A program made the position numbers and the translations under genes. From Phaeosaccion multiseriatum (Eukaryota; Protista; Ochrophyta, other classes): DNA of 64,000 nucleotides. Of the stretch, positions 28,201 through 40,000 are shown piece after piece (positions within the stretch are counted from its first letter, which is position 1; each line of letters starts with the position of its first letter). The stretch covers positions 496,001 through 560,000 of the forward strand of contig OZ218950.1 of NCBI GenBank assembly GCA_965112735.1, written 5' to 3'. The notes beneath the pieces are model-generated. The model saw only the letters and a list, made by a program, of their open reading frames with translations. It searched no databases and had not been told where the DNA came from.

Positions 28201-28434
28201 CCACAGTAGGATAGTTCACATATCACCTCCACCACCTCACTCCTTCCCACACCCCTTCATATCCTCCTCCCCCCCTCACTCCCTTCCCATTCCCCATTAT
28301 CCTCTACTCTACCACCCTTACCATCCTCTTCCCCTCCACATCACGCTCCATCAATACCACACATACACGCATCTACACATGGTTACAACTTACCTCGAGC
28401 GCACCAATACTGAGCCCATAAGCTCTAATATACA
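25220..28434 (+). mobile_element. 5'-truncated copy (~3.2 kb; RT + RLE + 3'UTR) of the CRE-like non-LTR retrotransposon
   Basis: Near-identical to 54549-57763. RT motifs DITKAY, GVNQGAPEGPLMF, AYADD; GGLG; RLE motifs RMDL..LLCDITVTNP..AEERKRTHY..IAIETYGRLG. TSD tgttacacccc (25209-25219 / 28435-28445). Confidence 0.95.
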
Positions 28435-28689
28435 TGTTACACCCCTCAACAGTACACCTCTTCCGTACCATCACAGCTCCGTGGGCCGCGCGAAGTTCCG
28501 CACCTGAATCTCGCAGAGGATGCTTGCTCGCTATGAAGAGGGAGAGAGGAGATGATCTGGTCACAATTGACACGGATATTCGACGTGGTGTGCTGTGCTG
28601 AAAAAAAAAAAAGGGCTCGAGCTGCCGTAGTGCTCATCACTGCGGCCTCCCAATAGGCAGCGACGCCTAGCTACATCAGAGGCCACCTC

Positions 28690-29990
28690 ACGCAGCTTAT
28701 GGAGGATGGCCCCGACCGCCACGGAGGTCTCAACGTCGCCGAGCACCTCGGCCTCATGCAGGAGACACAGCCCGCCCTCGGCCTCATGCAGGAGACACAG
28801 CCCACCCTCCTCCTTTGCCTCCCCTAGCGATGTTCTTCACCTCGCCGTCGGCGAAGCACTGCTTGCAACTCCCAGGAGCGGGAAACGGCTGAGCCACCAT
28901 CGCCACTGCTCCAGCGGGCGACAGGCGCGCCTCCAGCTCGCCCCACACCAGCACCACCAGATCTTTCTGCCACAATCCCAAGGGGGGTGGGGCGCCCTCG
29001 CACTCAAGAACACCGCCCTCTGACGGCCTACCTGGGCTCCGCAGCAGACACTCTCCAATCGGTGCTCGCACCTGGGGCACAGTGGACGGAGGCGCTCAAG
29101 ATCTCCGCCAGAGCGGCACACTCCAGCACCTCTTCAACACCATCCGGTCCTCCGTCGAAGAGGGTGCCTCACCCGAGAAGTCGCGGAACTGAATCTCCCT
29201 CTTCCCTGGGTCAACCGCGCTCACCTTGGAAACGGATCGCCAACGACACGAGGACACCTTCTACACCGGACTCATCCAGGGCAACTGCCCCCCTCAGTAG
29301 AAGACGCAACGCGCACTCCAGAGGTCCGTAGCTAGCGCCACAACGTCTCGCCACGTACCGCGACTCACTGGATCGGCTTTCAGGACGACGCAGCAGCAGC
29401 AGCCGACGCCGGCATGGAGTCTCGCCGACAAGCCAAGGCGCGCCACCTCAGCCAGGGACAGATCTCCATGCCGGCCCAAGACCATGGTGGGGGCCCTCCG
29501 ACGCTCCCTCGGCATCAACTGCCTTTACGGCCCAGGAGGGCCCGACGCGCTTGTGCAACACACCTGCACACACACGTGCCGACTCCTCCCACGCCATCCA
29601 GTGCCCTGACCAAGCGACGACATACCATACCGGCATGCTCTCCTCCATCGAGGACATGTTTTTCAAGCAGAACTTCGTTTCCCGCGTCGGACACGAGAGC
29701 TCAGAGTACTTGCTCCCCTCACACAACATCGCCAGGACCTTCCGCAGGACGACTCGGCGCACAGGCGCACGTCGTCTCCCGCACACGCCGCACCGGCTCC
29801 TCCACCACCAAGGGCCACGTGATGACCAGGCTTCGCCGTCTCGTCAGCTACCACCACCACCACCAGATGTGGCTCTCCCGGAGCGTGAGCGTGCCTTCCT
29901 GGGACGGCTCAACCGCGGCGCCGGACCAGCAATCTCCCCCCTGATCGGGGGGGGGAGCAACAGGCCCCCAGTGGGCCCCAGAGACACACG
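28690..29990 (+). mobile_element. Old, frameshifted relic of a second CRE-like non-LTR element (post-RT / zinc-knuckle region)
   Basis: Fragments QIFLPQSQGGWGALALKNTAL(T)AYLGSAAD (compare the GGLG...AYLG of the young element), ALRRSLGINC (compare ALRRNLGVN) and C..HAIQC...YH. Copies recur at ~37310-38390, ~45470-46570 and ~58460-59310. Confidence 0.6.
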
Positions 29991-32900
29991 CACTCACACA
30001 AACGCACACACACACACACGCACTTTCAGTTCCTAAGGTGATTCCTATTAATTAATATTATAAGAAGTTCCCGCACACTGTTCCTTCCTTCACTTATCCC
30101 TAGCTGCTGCTGCTCTTTGTCCTTCTCTCTTCATCTCTGCTCTCTCAGCCCCCCCAGTCACCTCCTACAGCCCCCCTTGGGATTGCTCTTATTCCATTCC
30201 AGTGCGCTTGTGGCTGGCAGGAGGCGTCTTTATTAGTTCGGTACGATATTAATAATGTGTAGATGGGTGGGTTCGGTGTGGGTTCGTTCACAACAGGAGC
30301 GGGGAGAGCCCGGAGCCCACGACATAGCAGAGATGAGGAGGGAGAGAGAGGGTGGGGGCAGACAAGCTTCCCTTCGCGCCGCCTCACATGTAGCAGCCTT
30401 GCCCGAGGGGGGTGCACCCTTTCTTCACACATGTCATACGTCCCCAAGGCCCAGGGGGGTGCGTGTGGGAGTGGCATACTTCCTCGCTGAGGCACAGACA
30501 GAGCGCGCGCTGAGAAGCAGACCACCGCTGCCACCACCACCACCAACGCCTCGGGAGAAGGATCGTTCCCTCTCCTTCTCTCTACGCTCTCGCGCTCATC
30601 CCCTTGGTGAAGCGAATGGAAGGGCCTCAAAGACGTTCGTGCGAAGGACGCTCGACGGCTGCATCTGTTTGAAGAGCTGGTGCTGGAGAGCCCCCGGGGG
30701 AAGGAGAGCAGGGTCCACCAGATGGTAAGCGGTTCTTAGGATGCAGTGGCTGTTACGTGCTTGCTCATTCATGTGTGTGTGCGTGTGTGTGTGTATTGGC
30801 GTGCCTACGTGCGTGCGTGCGTGCGTGCGTCCGCTTTCGCGTATGCGTGTCAGAGAAGGGGAGGGGGGGAGAGCACATTTCCGCACATCTGCACACACGC
30901 ACCCGCACACGCACACGCTCCCCCCGCACGCAAGGAGGCATGCACGAAGCGCAAATGAGACACCTTCGCCACCATTCCGCTCTCCTCCTGAGAGCGCCGC
31001 ACTCTGCCTTTGGAGCACCCGCCTCATGGCTCTTCCTCCTCCCCTCCCCTCCCTCCTCTCCCCTCCCCCATATCCCCGCCCTTCTCTCCCCTCTCCCCTC
31101 TCCCCTCTCCCCTCCCCCCTCTCCCTACCCATCAGGAATCGCTCTCTCGGCACGCCAACGCCCTCGCTACCCGTCTCCAATGCGTGGTCCGAGCCCACTT
31201 CGCCCGTCAAACCGCCCGACAAGCTCGCGCCCTGGCCATCAGCGCCGCTTGGGCAGAGTGGGAGGGGTATGCCGCTCTCACTATCCAGTGCCTAGTGCGA
31301 CGAGTCCAAGCGAGAGACAGGGTGGAGATGCTCACTCGAGAGGCGCATCAGAAGTTTACCGACCCGGAAACCGGCCGTCCTTACTGGTGCAGTCCGACAA
31401 GGGGTTTAGTGACTTGGGAGAAGCCGTTGCTACTCGGGAGAGAGGACGTGGCCTATGCGTTGACGGTGGTGGACAAGCTGAGCGAGTTTGTTGTTCGGTG
31501 TAGGTGAGTGAGTGAGTGAGTGAGTGAGTGTGTGTGAGTGTGTGGGTGGGGAGGGATGGCAGTGGATGAGGAGGGATGGCAGTGGATAGGAAAGGCATGA
31601 ATGGCAGTGGATGGGAGAGGTATTGACAGCAGTGGATGGGAAAGGCAGGGAATGAGCGCAACGTGACTAAAGACTATCCTCCTCCTACCCCCCCCTCCAG
31701 CAACTGCGAGGTGGCCCCATGCGCTGTCCTGTGTGAAACGTGCCAAGACTCCTTCTGCTTAGAGTGCTTCCAAAGCCTCCACCAAAAGGGCCTGAGGAAG
31801 GCAACCCACGTCCCCAAGCCCATTCCCATGTGTGTGCATTGCCACTACCAGCACGCCACTCGCTACTGCGAAACGTGCCGCAGCGAAGCGCCACCGACCG
31901 AATCACCAACATGCGAAGGTCACAGCGAAGGACCAACACGCATAGGAGGAGGAGGAGGAGGAGGAGGAGGGGGAGGAGGGACAGTGCGAGGCGCTTCGTA
32001 CCGCGACGTGTGTTTCTTCAACGCCCACCCCGAGGCCCAGCCATCTGTGAAAGAGGCAAATGCAGCGGAGCGGTAGGGGGAGGGGGAGGGGCGGAGGGAG
32101 GGACGGAGCAGCAGCTCAGCCTCAACAGATTGAAGAAGAAGCGGAGGCCACATACTACACACCCCTTGGTGGTGCCGTGCGTAGAGTGCCATCGTCTGGC
32201 CGCCAGGTGTGTGGCTGATATCGACATGCTCGATATCCGAAATCTTCGATATATCCATTTGCTCGATATTGGCGTGCTTGATACTGATGTGTACAGTATC
32301 GAGGTTGGCCAACAGACTGAAACTGCCTAACAAACTGACACTCTCCCTCTCCCTCTCCTCGCCGCAACGCCTCCCCTCCCTCCTCCCCTGCAGATGGCTG
32401 TGCGACGAGTGCGAGGATGCGTTCTGCTCTGCGTGCTTCATGCGGGTGCACTCTCGGGGCAAGTGGGCCAAGCACAAAGCCATCAAGCTGGCCTACTACC
32501 AGCCGGGCATGTGAGGGGCAGGCAGGCAGGCAGACAGACAGGATGGCAGTAGATGGCAGAAGAGTAGTACAGGCTGGTCAGTGCCCACCGCTGGCCCAAC
32601 TCTTACGCAATACATACTTAACATTCATTCATACGTTCGGCTACATAGCTAACCTCCCGATTCAATCCGATCCGATCCCATCCCATCCGGTGTGGTCTGG
32701 TTTATTCCTCTCCTCTCCTCTTCCCTTTCCTCTTTCTAACCGTTACGATTTAAAGGCATATGCAATACCGCCTGGGGGGATTGCTCACATCGGAGGCGGG
32801 CCGCCTTCGCCGCGGAGGCCTTGCTGAAGCACCAACTGGAGGAGAGGCGTCGACAGTTGGAGGCCACCCTCACACTGCAGAGCCACTGGAGAGGCTGCGT

Positions 32901-35825
32901 GGGTAGGGCCAAGGGCAAGGTGAGAGAGGGAGGTCATGGGGGCGGGAGTTGGATGGCAGTAGATGGCAGGGTATGGATAGAGTGTTTCCTCCCTCTCTTT
33001 CTCCCCCTTTCGCCCTCTCCCTCTCCTCCTCGCCGATACGGCCACGCTTTGATGCTCTATATCGACCCCTCTATATCGACCCCTCTATAAGAACGATTGA
33101 TCGATTGATGGGCGATGATGTGATGCGATAACGATGCCTTAACGAGTCGATAACACTGCACGCACACACACGCAGCGACGGCTAAAGCGCGCGAGGGCAG
33201 CCCTCCGCGCCGATTTCAGGCAACGCAAGAGAGCCGACGCCCACTTCAGGTATGAGGGGTACTCACTTATTCACTCAGTCACTCAGTCACCCAGCCACTC
33301 ACTTACTCAGTGGCTCCCTCCCTCCCTCCCTCCCTCCCTCCCTCCCTCCCTCCCTCCCTCCCTCCCTCCCTCCCTCCCTCCACCACTCACTCACTCACTC
33401 ACTCACTCACTCACTCCCTCACTCACTCACTCACTCACCCACTCACTCACTCACTCACTCACTCACTCACTCACTCACTTCCTCACTCACTCACTCACTC
33501 ACTCACTCACTCACTCACTCACTCACTCACTCACTCACTCACTCAACCACTTCAGGTCTCAAGGGTGGTTCCAAGCCCTTGACCGATGGGGCAAGGCGTT
33601 CGTTCTCAAGAGCGACAGTCGAGAGGAAGCGGTGCTGAGGTGTATCAAAGAGTCCAGGAGGGCGAGAGCAAGACGCTTCATTGCGTACAATAGAGAGGAT
33701 CTGGCGTGGCCGCTAGAGCTGGAGAGAGAGGAGGAGGAAGACGAGGAGGAGGGTGAGGGGGACGGGGAGGGCGAGGGGAAGGAGGTTAAGAAGAAGTAGC
33801 AGGAGGAGGAGGAGGAGGAGGAGGAGGAGGAGGGGGAGGAGGGGGAGGAGGAGGAGGAGGAGGAGGAGGAGGAGGAGGAGGAGGAAGACGAGGAGGAGGG
33901 TGAGGGGGACGGGGAGGGTGAGGGGGAGGAGGTTAAGAAGAAGAAGCAGGAGGAGGAGGAGGAGGAGGAGGGGGAGGAGAAGGAGGTCAGGCGGCACAGC
34001 AAGGTGAAGGAGAAGGAGGAGGGGGGTGGAAGCACAACTCCCGAGGAGAGGAAGCAAGCTCGTCGACTCGCTCAAGAAGTGGAGCTCTTGGCCCACAAGA
34101 GACGCACGGGGGCGCTCAAAGCAAAGGGAAAGCTCCGTACAGGGTTTGACATTGGCACTCTGGATGAGTTGAGAGATCAAGCCAGGCACGGAGGGATTCG
34201 CCTCCCCGGCAGGCACTCGATTCAGCGATGCCATCGATGGGTGGTCATGGGCGACGGCATAGACTTGCGAAGCGTGCTCGTGCCCGGTCACTTTGTTAGG
34301 GGGGGAGGGCTTCCGGCGGAGACTACGTATCGGGTAGAGGCTGTGGAGAGAGAGAGGGTGAAGCTTGATCGCTTGTGGACCTTCCCCGACGTGAAGAGGA
34401 GAACGCGCGGGGCGAAGGAGGAGGGAAAGGAGGAGGGAGGGAAAGGAGAAGGGAAGGAGGAGGAGGGAGGGCTGATTCTCTATCAGATGGTGGGGCATAA
34501 TGCGAGTACGCGAGTGAGGCTTGGGTGGAAGGCGCGTAGGTGGCTCGTCTCCAATGCCTTGTCGCAGAGTGCCATTGGTGCGGTGGTGCGGTACCATCAG
34601 AACGTGGTGGCGGTGGGTGTGATGGGGAGGGCTGCCTCTTCGATGCGGCAGATGAAGTGGGCGAGTGGTTACAGAAAGATGAAGCGGAGGGCCCAGAGGC
34701 ATCAAGACACGGCTGACGAGTGGAAGATGCTCCTCAATAGCAATCAGGTGGGCAGGGATGCTATGAAGAGGGGCAAGGGGGGAGGCGACCAAGACGGCCA
34801 GGCGGGAGGAGGAGGAGGAGGAGCAGGGGATGGCACCTCAAGGAGGGGAGGGGGGGATCGTGCTGCTGTTGGTGGTACGGGTAGGAGAGAGTCAGGCGGT
34901 GTCTCTAAGAAGAAGGAGGTGGACGAAGAAGCGGCGGAGGCGGCGGCGGCGTCAGCAGCAGCCTTGGATGTAATGGAGGCCCTCGCATTGAAGAAGGAGG
35001 ATAAGTACCTTGGTGAACCTTCTCTGCCGGAGGGGTGGGTGGCGATGCAGGATAAGAAGATGGGCTTTGTGTATTACGTCAAGGAGAGTACGGGCGAGAT
35101 GAGCAAGATCAAGCCGACCGAGGCCATGGTTAAGAAGGAAGGGCTTGAGAAGTTGGAGAAGAAGAAGGAGGAGCTTCGAGCTAAGCGCAACGGGGCCAGG
35201 GGCACGGGACGGAGGGGCTGATTGGTTGGTTGGTTGGTTGGTTGGTTGATTGGTTGGTTGGTTGGTTGGTTGGTTGGTTGGTTGGGTGGTTGGTTGGTTG
35301 GTTGGTTGATGGGTCGGTTGATAGATTCATTGACGAGAGGAACGAGGCTGTCGGAAAGAGGGCTTGGTGCGTCGCTTTTACTTTGTAGACTGAGAGACTG
35401 ACGGGGATGATGAATAGGGTGAATGCGTTGACAGGACGCGAGGCGAGAGGGAAGCTGACTGACACCAAGTAAGGAGGTACGGCTTGACTGGTCGACTGAT
35501 TTCAGGTACTGAGTGACTGGCTGACTGTGACTGGCTGGCTAGTCCAGCTCCGCTGTCGAACCCTTTTGGTTGGCTGTAATAACAGTTTTGTTCCGAGGAC
35601 ACAGTGCGTGTAACCCGGGGGATATCTCCCACCGGGGAGTGCTCCCCCCGGAAAAGCGTCGCCCTTCTCCTCCCTTCTGATGGACATACAGTGAATGTCC
35701 AACAACGAATGAATGGGTGGTGGCGATGTTCTCATCATTGTATTGAGACTTACTTATTCTACAAATCACCCATTGCAAAAAACAACTTCAAGCTTCACGG
35801 CGGACTAGCTGAGGCCATCGGGTCA

Positions 35826-37067
35826 CTAAATCCCAAGTCCCGAGGTATCAGCAGCAGGGCCCTCCACACGCACGCACGCTCGCAGCGCCTTCCGTCCGCG
35901 CCTCTTCTTCTCACTCGCCGTCACTATGCTCTCCTCCAGCACCGCCCACTCCTCCTTCAGCTTGTCGTCATCATCATCCCCCCCTGCTCCTCCTGAGCGA
36001 AAGCGGTGGTAGGCAGACACAAAGCCTCGGATCGTGCTCTCCAGGCTCGCCCCCTTCCTCTTTGTGCGCACAGCGAGGTGGGGCAGCAGCAACACTTTAC
36101 TCCGGCCCACAGCCACCACCACGCCATTCGATAGCTCCCTGCCCCGACGGCCGCAGAAGGCCGTGGCAGAATCAGCCCCGCCATCTTCCAGCCCTCTCCA
36201 CAGGTCACAGGGCAGTTGAATCTCGTCCCCGACATGAAGCCCCAGCCCCGCAAGCAAACCCACCCCACTCCCATCCTCCAGTGCCTCCTTCCTCTCCTCC
36301 CCTCCCCCAGGCATTGAAGGGGCGCATTTTTCCCTCTTGCTTCCTCTCCCATTGATGTCCTCCGCAGCTCCTCGCTTGGGCACAGGCGTACAACGGGCAA
36401 TCTCCTCCTTCTGCTCCGCTCCCTCCCTCTTCACTCGTGCATGCCTCAGGCACATCCCCCCTTGCTTCCGATGCTTCTCGCACCCCTAAGCTCTAATATA
36501 CATCTCGCACCCCTCAACAGTACACCTCTTCACCACAGCTCCGTGGGCCAGGCAAAGACCTCCTTGGACCCGTACCTTATCGCACCCCTCCACACTGCAC
36601 CTCTTCACTACAGCTCCATGGGCCTTGCAAAGGCCTCCCCGTTGCGACTGCTTGTCGCATCCCTCAACAGTACACCTCTTCACCACAGCCCCGTGGGCCA
36701 GGCAAAGTCCTCCCTGTCGCGAATGCTTGTCGCACCCCTCAACAGTACACCTCTTCCGTACCACCACAGCTCCATGGCCGTGGCAAAGTCCTCCCCGTTG
36801 CGACTGTTTGTCGCACCCCTCAACAGTACACCTCTTCACCACAGCCCCGTGGGCCAGGCAAAGTCCTCCTTGGATCCGATGCTTGTTACACCCCTCAACA
36901 GTACACCTCTTCAACACAGCCCCGTGAGCCAGGCAAAGTCCTCCCTGTTGCCACCGCTTCTCGCACCCCTCAACAGTACACCTCTTCACCACAGCCCCGT
37001 GGGCCAGGCAAAGTCCTCGTTGCGAATGCTTGTTACACCCCTCAACAGTACACCTCTTCCGTACCAT
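35826..37067 (-). pseudogene. Zinc-finger array gene copy 2 (8 fingers; premature stop from a 16-bp retro insertion in finger 8)
   Basis: ORF 36486-37541 ends CTVEGCEMYIRA*. The remainder (35826-36455) encodes the C-terminal domain. Confidence 0.85.
36487..36502 (+). mobile_element. Ultra-truncated 16-nt retrotransposon insertion (taagctctaatataca)
   Basis: Identical to the last 16 nt of the element. Flanked by TSD tctcgcacccc (36476-36486 / 36503-36513), in the same register as the other three insertions. Confidence 0.88.
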
Positions 37068-40000
37068 CACAGCTCCGTGGGCCACGCGAAGTTCCGCACC
37101 TGAATCTCGCAGAGGATGCTTGCTCGCTACAACATATGTGAGAAGAGAGAGAAGAGGGAGAGAGGAGAGGGGCTGGTCCACCACATCGAACACTTTAATT
37201 GACACGGATATTCGATGTGGTGTGCTGTGAGAAAAAGGGCTCGAGCTGCCGTAGTGCTCATCACTGCGGCCTCCCAATAGGCAGCGACGACTAGCTACAT
37301 CAAAGGCCACCTCACGCAGCTTATGGAGGATGGCCCCGACCGCCACGGAGGTCTCAACCTCGCCGAGCACCTCGGCCTCATGCAGGAGACACAGCCCGCC
37401 CTCCTCCTTTGCCTCCCCTAGCGATGTTCTCCACCTCGCCGTCGGCGAAGCACTGCTTGCAACTCCCAGGAGCGGGAAACGTCTGAGCCACCATCGCCAC
37501 TGCTCCAGCGGACGCTCAAGATGTCCGCCAGAGCGGCACACTCCACCTTTTCAACACCATCCGGTCCTCCGTCGAAAAGGGTGCCTCACCCGAGAAGTCG
37601 CAACTGAATCTCCCTCTTCCCTGGGTCAACCGCGCTCACCTTGGAAACGGACCGCCAACGACACGAGGACACCTTCGACACCGGACTCATCCAGGGCAAC
37701 TGCCCCCCTCAGTAGAAGACGCAACGCGCACTCCAGAGGTCCCTAGTTAGCGCCACAACGCCTCGCCACGTACCGCGACTCACTGGATCGGCTTCAGAAC
37801 AACGCAGCAGCAGCAGCCGACGCCGGCATGGAGTCTCGCCGACAGGCCAAGGCACGCCACCTCAGCCAGAGCAGCCCCGCCACCGCACAGGTCTCCATGC
37901 CGGCCCAAGACCATGGTGGGGGCCCTCCGACGCTCCCTCGGCATCAACTGCCTTTACGGCCTGCAACACACGTGCCGACTCCTCCCACGCCATCCGGTGC
38001 CCTGACCAAGCGACGACATACCATACCGGCATGCTCTCCTCCATCGAGGACATGTTTTTCAAGCAGATCTTCGTTTCCCGCGTCGGACACGAGAGCTCAG
38101 AGTACTTGCTCCCCTCACACAACATCGCCAGGACCTTCCGCAGGACGACTCGGCGCACAGGCGCACGTCGTCTCCCGCACACGCCGCACCGGCTCCTCCA
38201 CCACCAAGGGCCACGTGATGACCAGGCTTCGCCGTCTCGTCAGCTACCACCACCACTACCAGATGTGGCTCTCCCGGAGCGTGAGCGCGCCTTCCAGGGA
38301 CGGCTCAACCGCGGCGCCGGACCAGCAATCTCCCCCCCCCGATCAGGCGGGGGAACAACAGGCCCCCAGTGGGCCCCAGAGACACACGCACTCACACACA
38401 AACGCACACACACACACACGCACTTTCAGTTTCTAAGGTGATTCCTATTAATTTTTAAAAGAAGGGTCTACACGCGCGCGCGCACTAGTTCCTTCCTTCA
38501 CTTTTCCCTAGCTGCTGCTGCTCTTTGTACTTCTCTCTTCATCTCTGCTCTCTCAGCCCCCCCAGTCACCTCCTACAGCCCCCCTTGGGATTGCTCTTAT
38601 TCCATTCCAGTGCGCTTGTGGCTGGCAGGAGGCGTCTTTATTAGTTCGGTACGATATTAATAATGTGCAGATGGGTGGGTTGGGTGTGGGTTCGTTCATG
38701 ACACAGGAGCGGGGAGAGCCCGGAGCCCACGAGATAGCAGAGATGAGGAGGGAGAGAGAGGGTGGGGGCAGACAAGCTTCCCTTCGCGCCGCTTCACATG
38801 TAGCAGCCTTGTCCCAGGGGGGTGCACCCTTTCTTCACACATGTCATACGTCCCCGAGGCCCAGGGGGGTGCGTGTGGGAGTGGCATATTTCCTCGCTGA
38901 GGCAGAGACAGAGCGCGCGCTGAGAAGCAGACCACCGCTGCCACCACCACCACCAACGCCTCAGGAGAAGGATCGTTCCCTCTCCTTCTCTCTACGCTCT
39001 CGCGCTCATCCCCTTGGTGAAGCGATGGAAGGGCCTCAAAGACGTTCGTGCGAAGGACGCTCGGGACGGCTGAATCTGTTTGAAGAGCTGGTGCTGGAGA
39101 GCCCCCGGGGGAAGGAGAGCAGGGTCCGCCAGATGGTAAGCGGTTCTTAGGATGCAGTGGCTGTTACGTGCTTGCTCATTCATGTGTGTGTGCGTGTGTG
39201 TGTGCTTTGGCGTGCCTACGTGCGTGCGTGCGTGCGTCCGCTTTCGCGTATGCGTGTCCGAGAAGGGGAGGGGGGGAGAGCACATTTCCGCACATCTGCA
39301 CACACGCACCCGCTCACGCACACGCTCCCCCCGCACGCAAGGAGGCATGCACGAAGCGCAAATGAGACACCTTCGCCACTATTCCGCTCTCCTCCTGAGA
39401 GCACCGCACTCTGCCTTTGGAGCACCCGCCTCATGGCTCTTCCTCCTCCCCTCCCCTCCCTCCTCTCCCCTCCCCATATCCCCGCCCTTCTCTCCCCTCT
39501 CCCCTCTCCCCTCTCCCCTCTCCCCTCTCCCCTCTCCCCTCTCCCTCCCCATCAGGAATCGCTCTCTCGGCACGCCAACGCCCTCGCTACCCGTCTCCAA
39601 TGCGTAGTCCGAGCCCACTTCGCCCGTCAAACCGCCCGACAAGCTCGCGCCCTGGCCATCAGCGCCGCTTGGGCTGAGTGGGAGGGGTATGCCGCTCTCA
39701 CTATCCAGTGCCTAGTGCAACGAGTCCAAGCGAGAGACAGGGTGGAGGCGTTGACTCGAGAGGCGTATCAGAAGTTTACCGACCCGGAAACCGGCCGTCC
39801 TTACTGGTGCAGTCCGACAGGGGGTTTAGTGACTTGGGAGAAGCCGTTGCTGCTCGGGAGAGGGGACGTGGCCTATGCGTTGACGGTGGTGGACAAGCTC
39901 GGCGAGTTTGTTGTTCGGTGTAGGTGAGTGAGTGAGTGTGTGGGTGGGTGAGAGTGGGTGGGTGGGTGGGGAGGGATGGCAGTGGATGAGGAGGGATGGC

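Larger units (their letters stand above)
23754..28471 (-). pseudogene. WRKY19-like C-x4-C-x9-C-x2-H zinc-finger array gene, copy 1 (7 fingers; interrupted in fingers 1 and 6 by retrotransposons)
   Basis: MVRKRCTVEGCN | insertion B | KHSQQGGLCKGHG...CTVEGCD | insertion A | KHRVRGGLCQAHG... then the shared C-terminal domain ending EGPAADISGLGI*. Confidence 0.85.
18843..30593. repeat. Tandem segmental duplication unit 1 (ancestral left copy; includes retro insertions A and B)
   Basis: Begins at gctc(t/a)tccccttggtgaagcga in exon 6 of the IQ gene. The same sequence recurs at ~30594, ~39004 and ~47218. Confidence 0.9.
30594..39003. repeat. Tandem segmental duplication unit 2 (~8.4 kb)
   Basis: Contains a 5'-less copy of IQ-gene exons 6(part)-12 with lesions (frameshift near 32066, TAG near 33797), zinc-finger gene copy 2, the retro relic and the 3' end of the coiled-coil gene. 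Confidence 0.92.

Noticed and set aside
24490-28434. ~330-bp direct repeats around an RT gene suggesting an LTR element
   Set aside because: The repeats are 3'UTRs of two separate non-LTR insertions, each with its own TSD and host fingers between them. No integrase, protease or PBS.
30594-35221. Additional functional IQ/B-box/WW genes in units 2-4
   Set aside because: The copies lack the promoter and first five exons, and units 2 and 4 carry frameshifts, stops or a deletion. Treated as duplication passengers.
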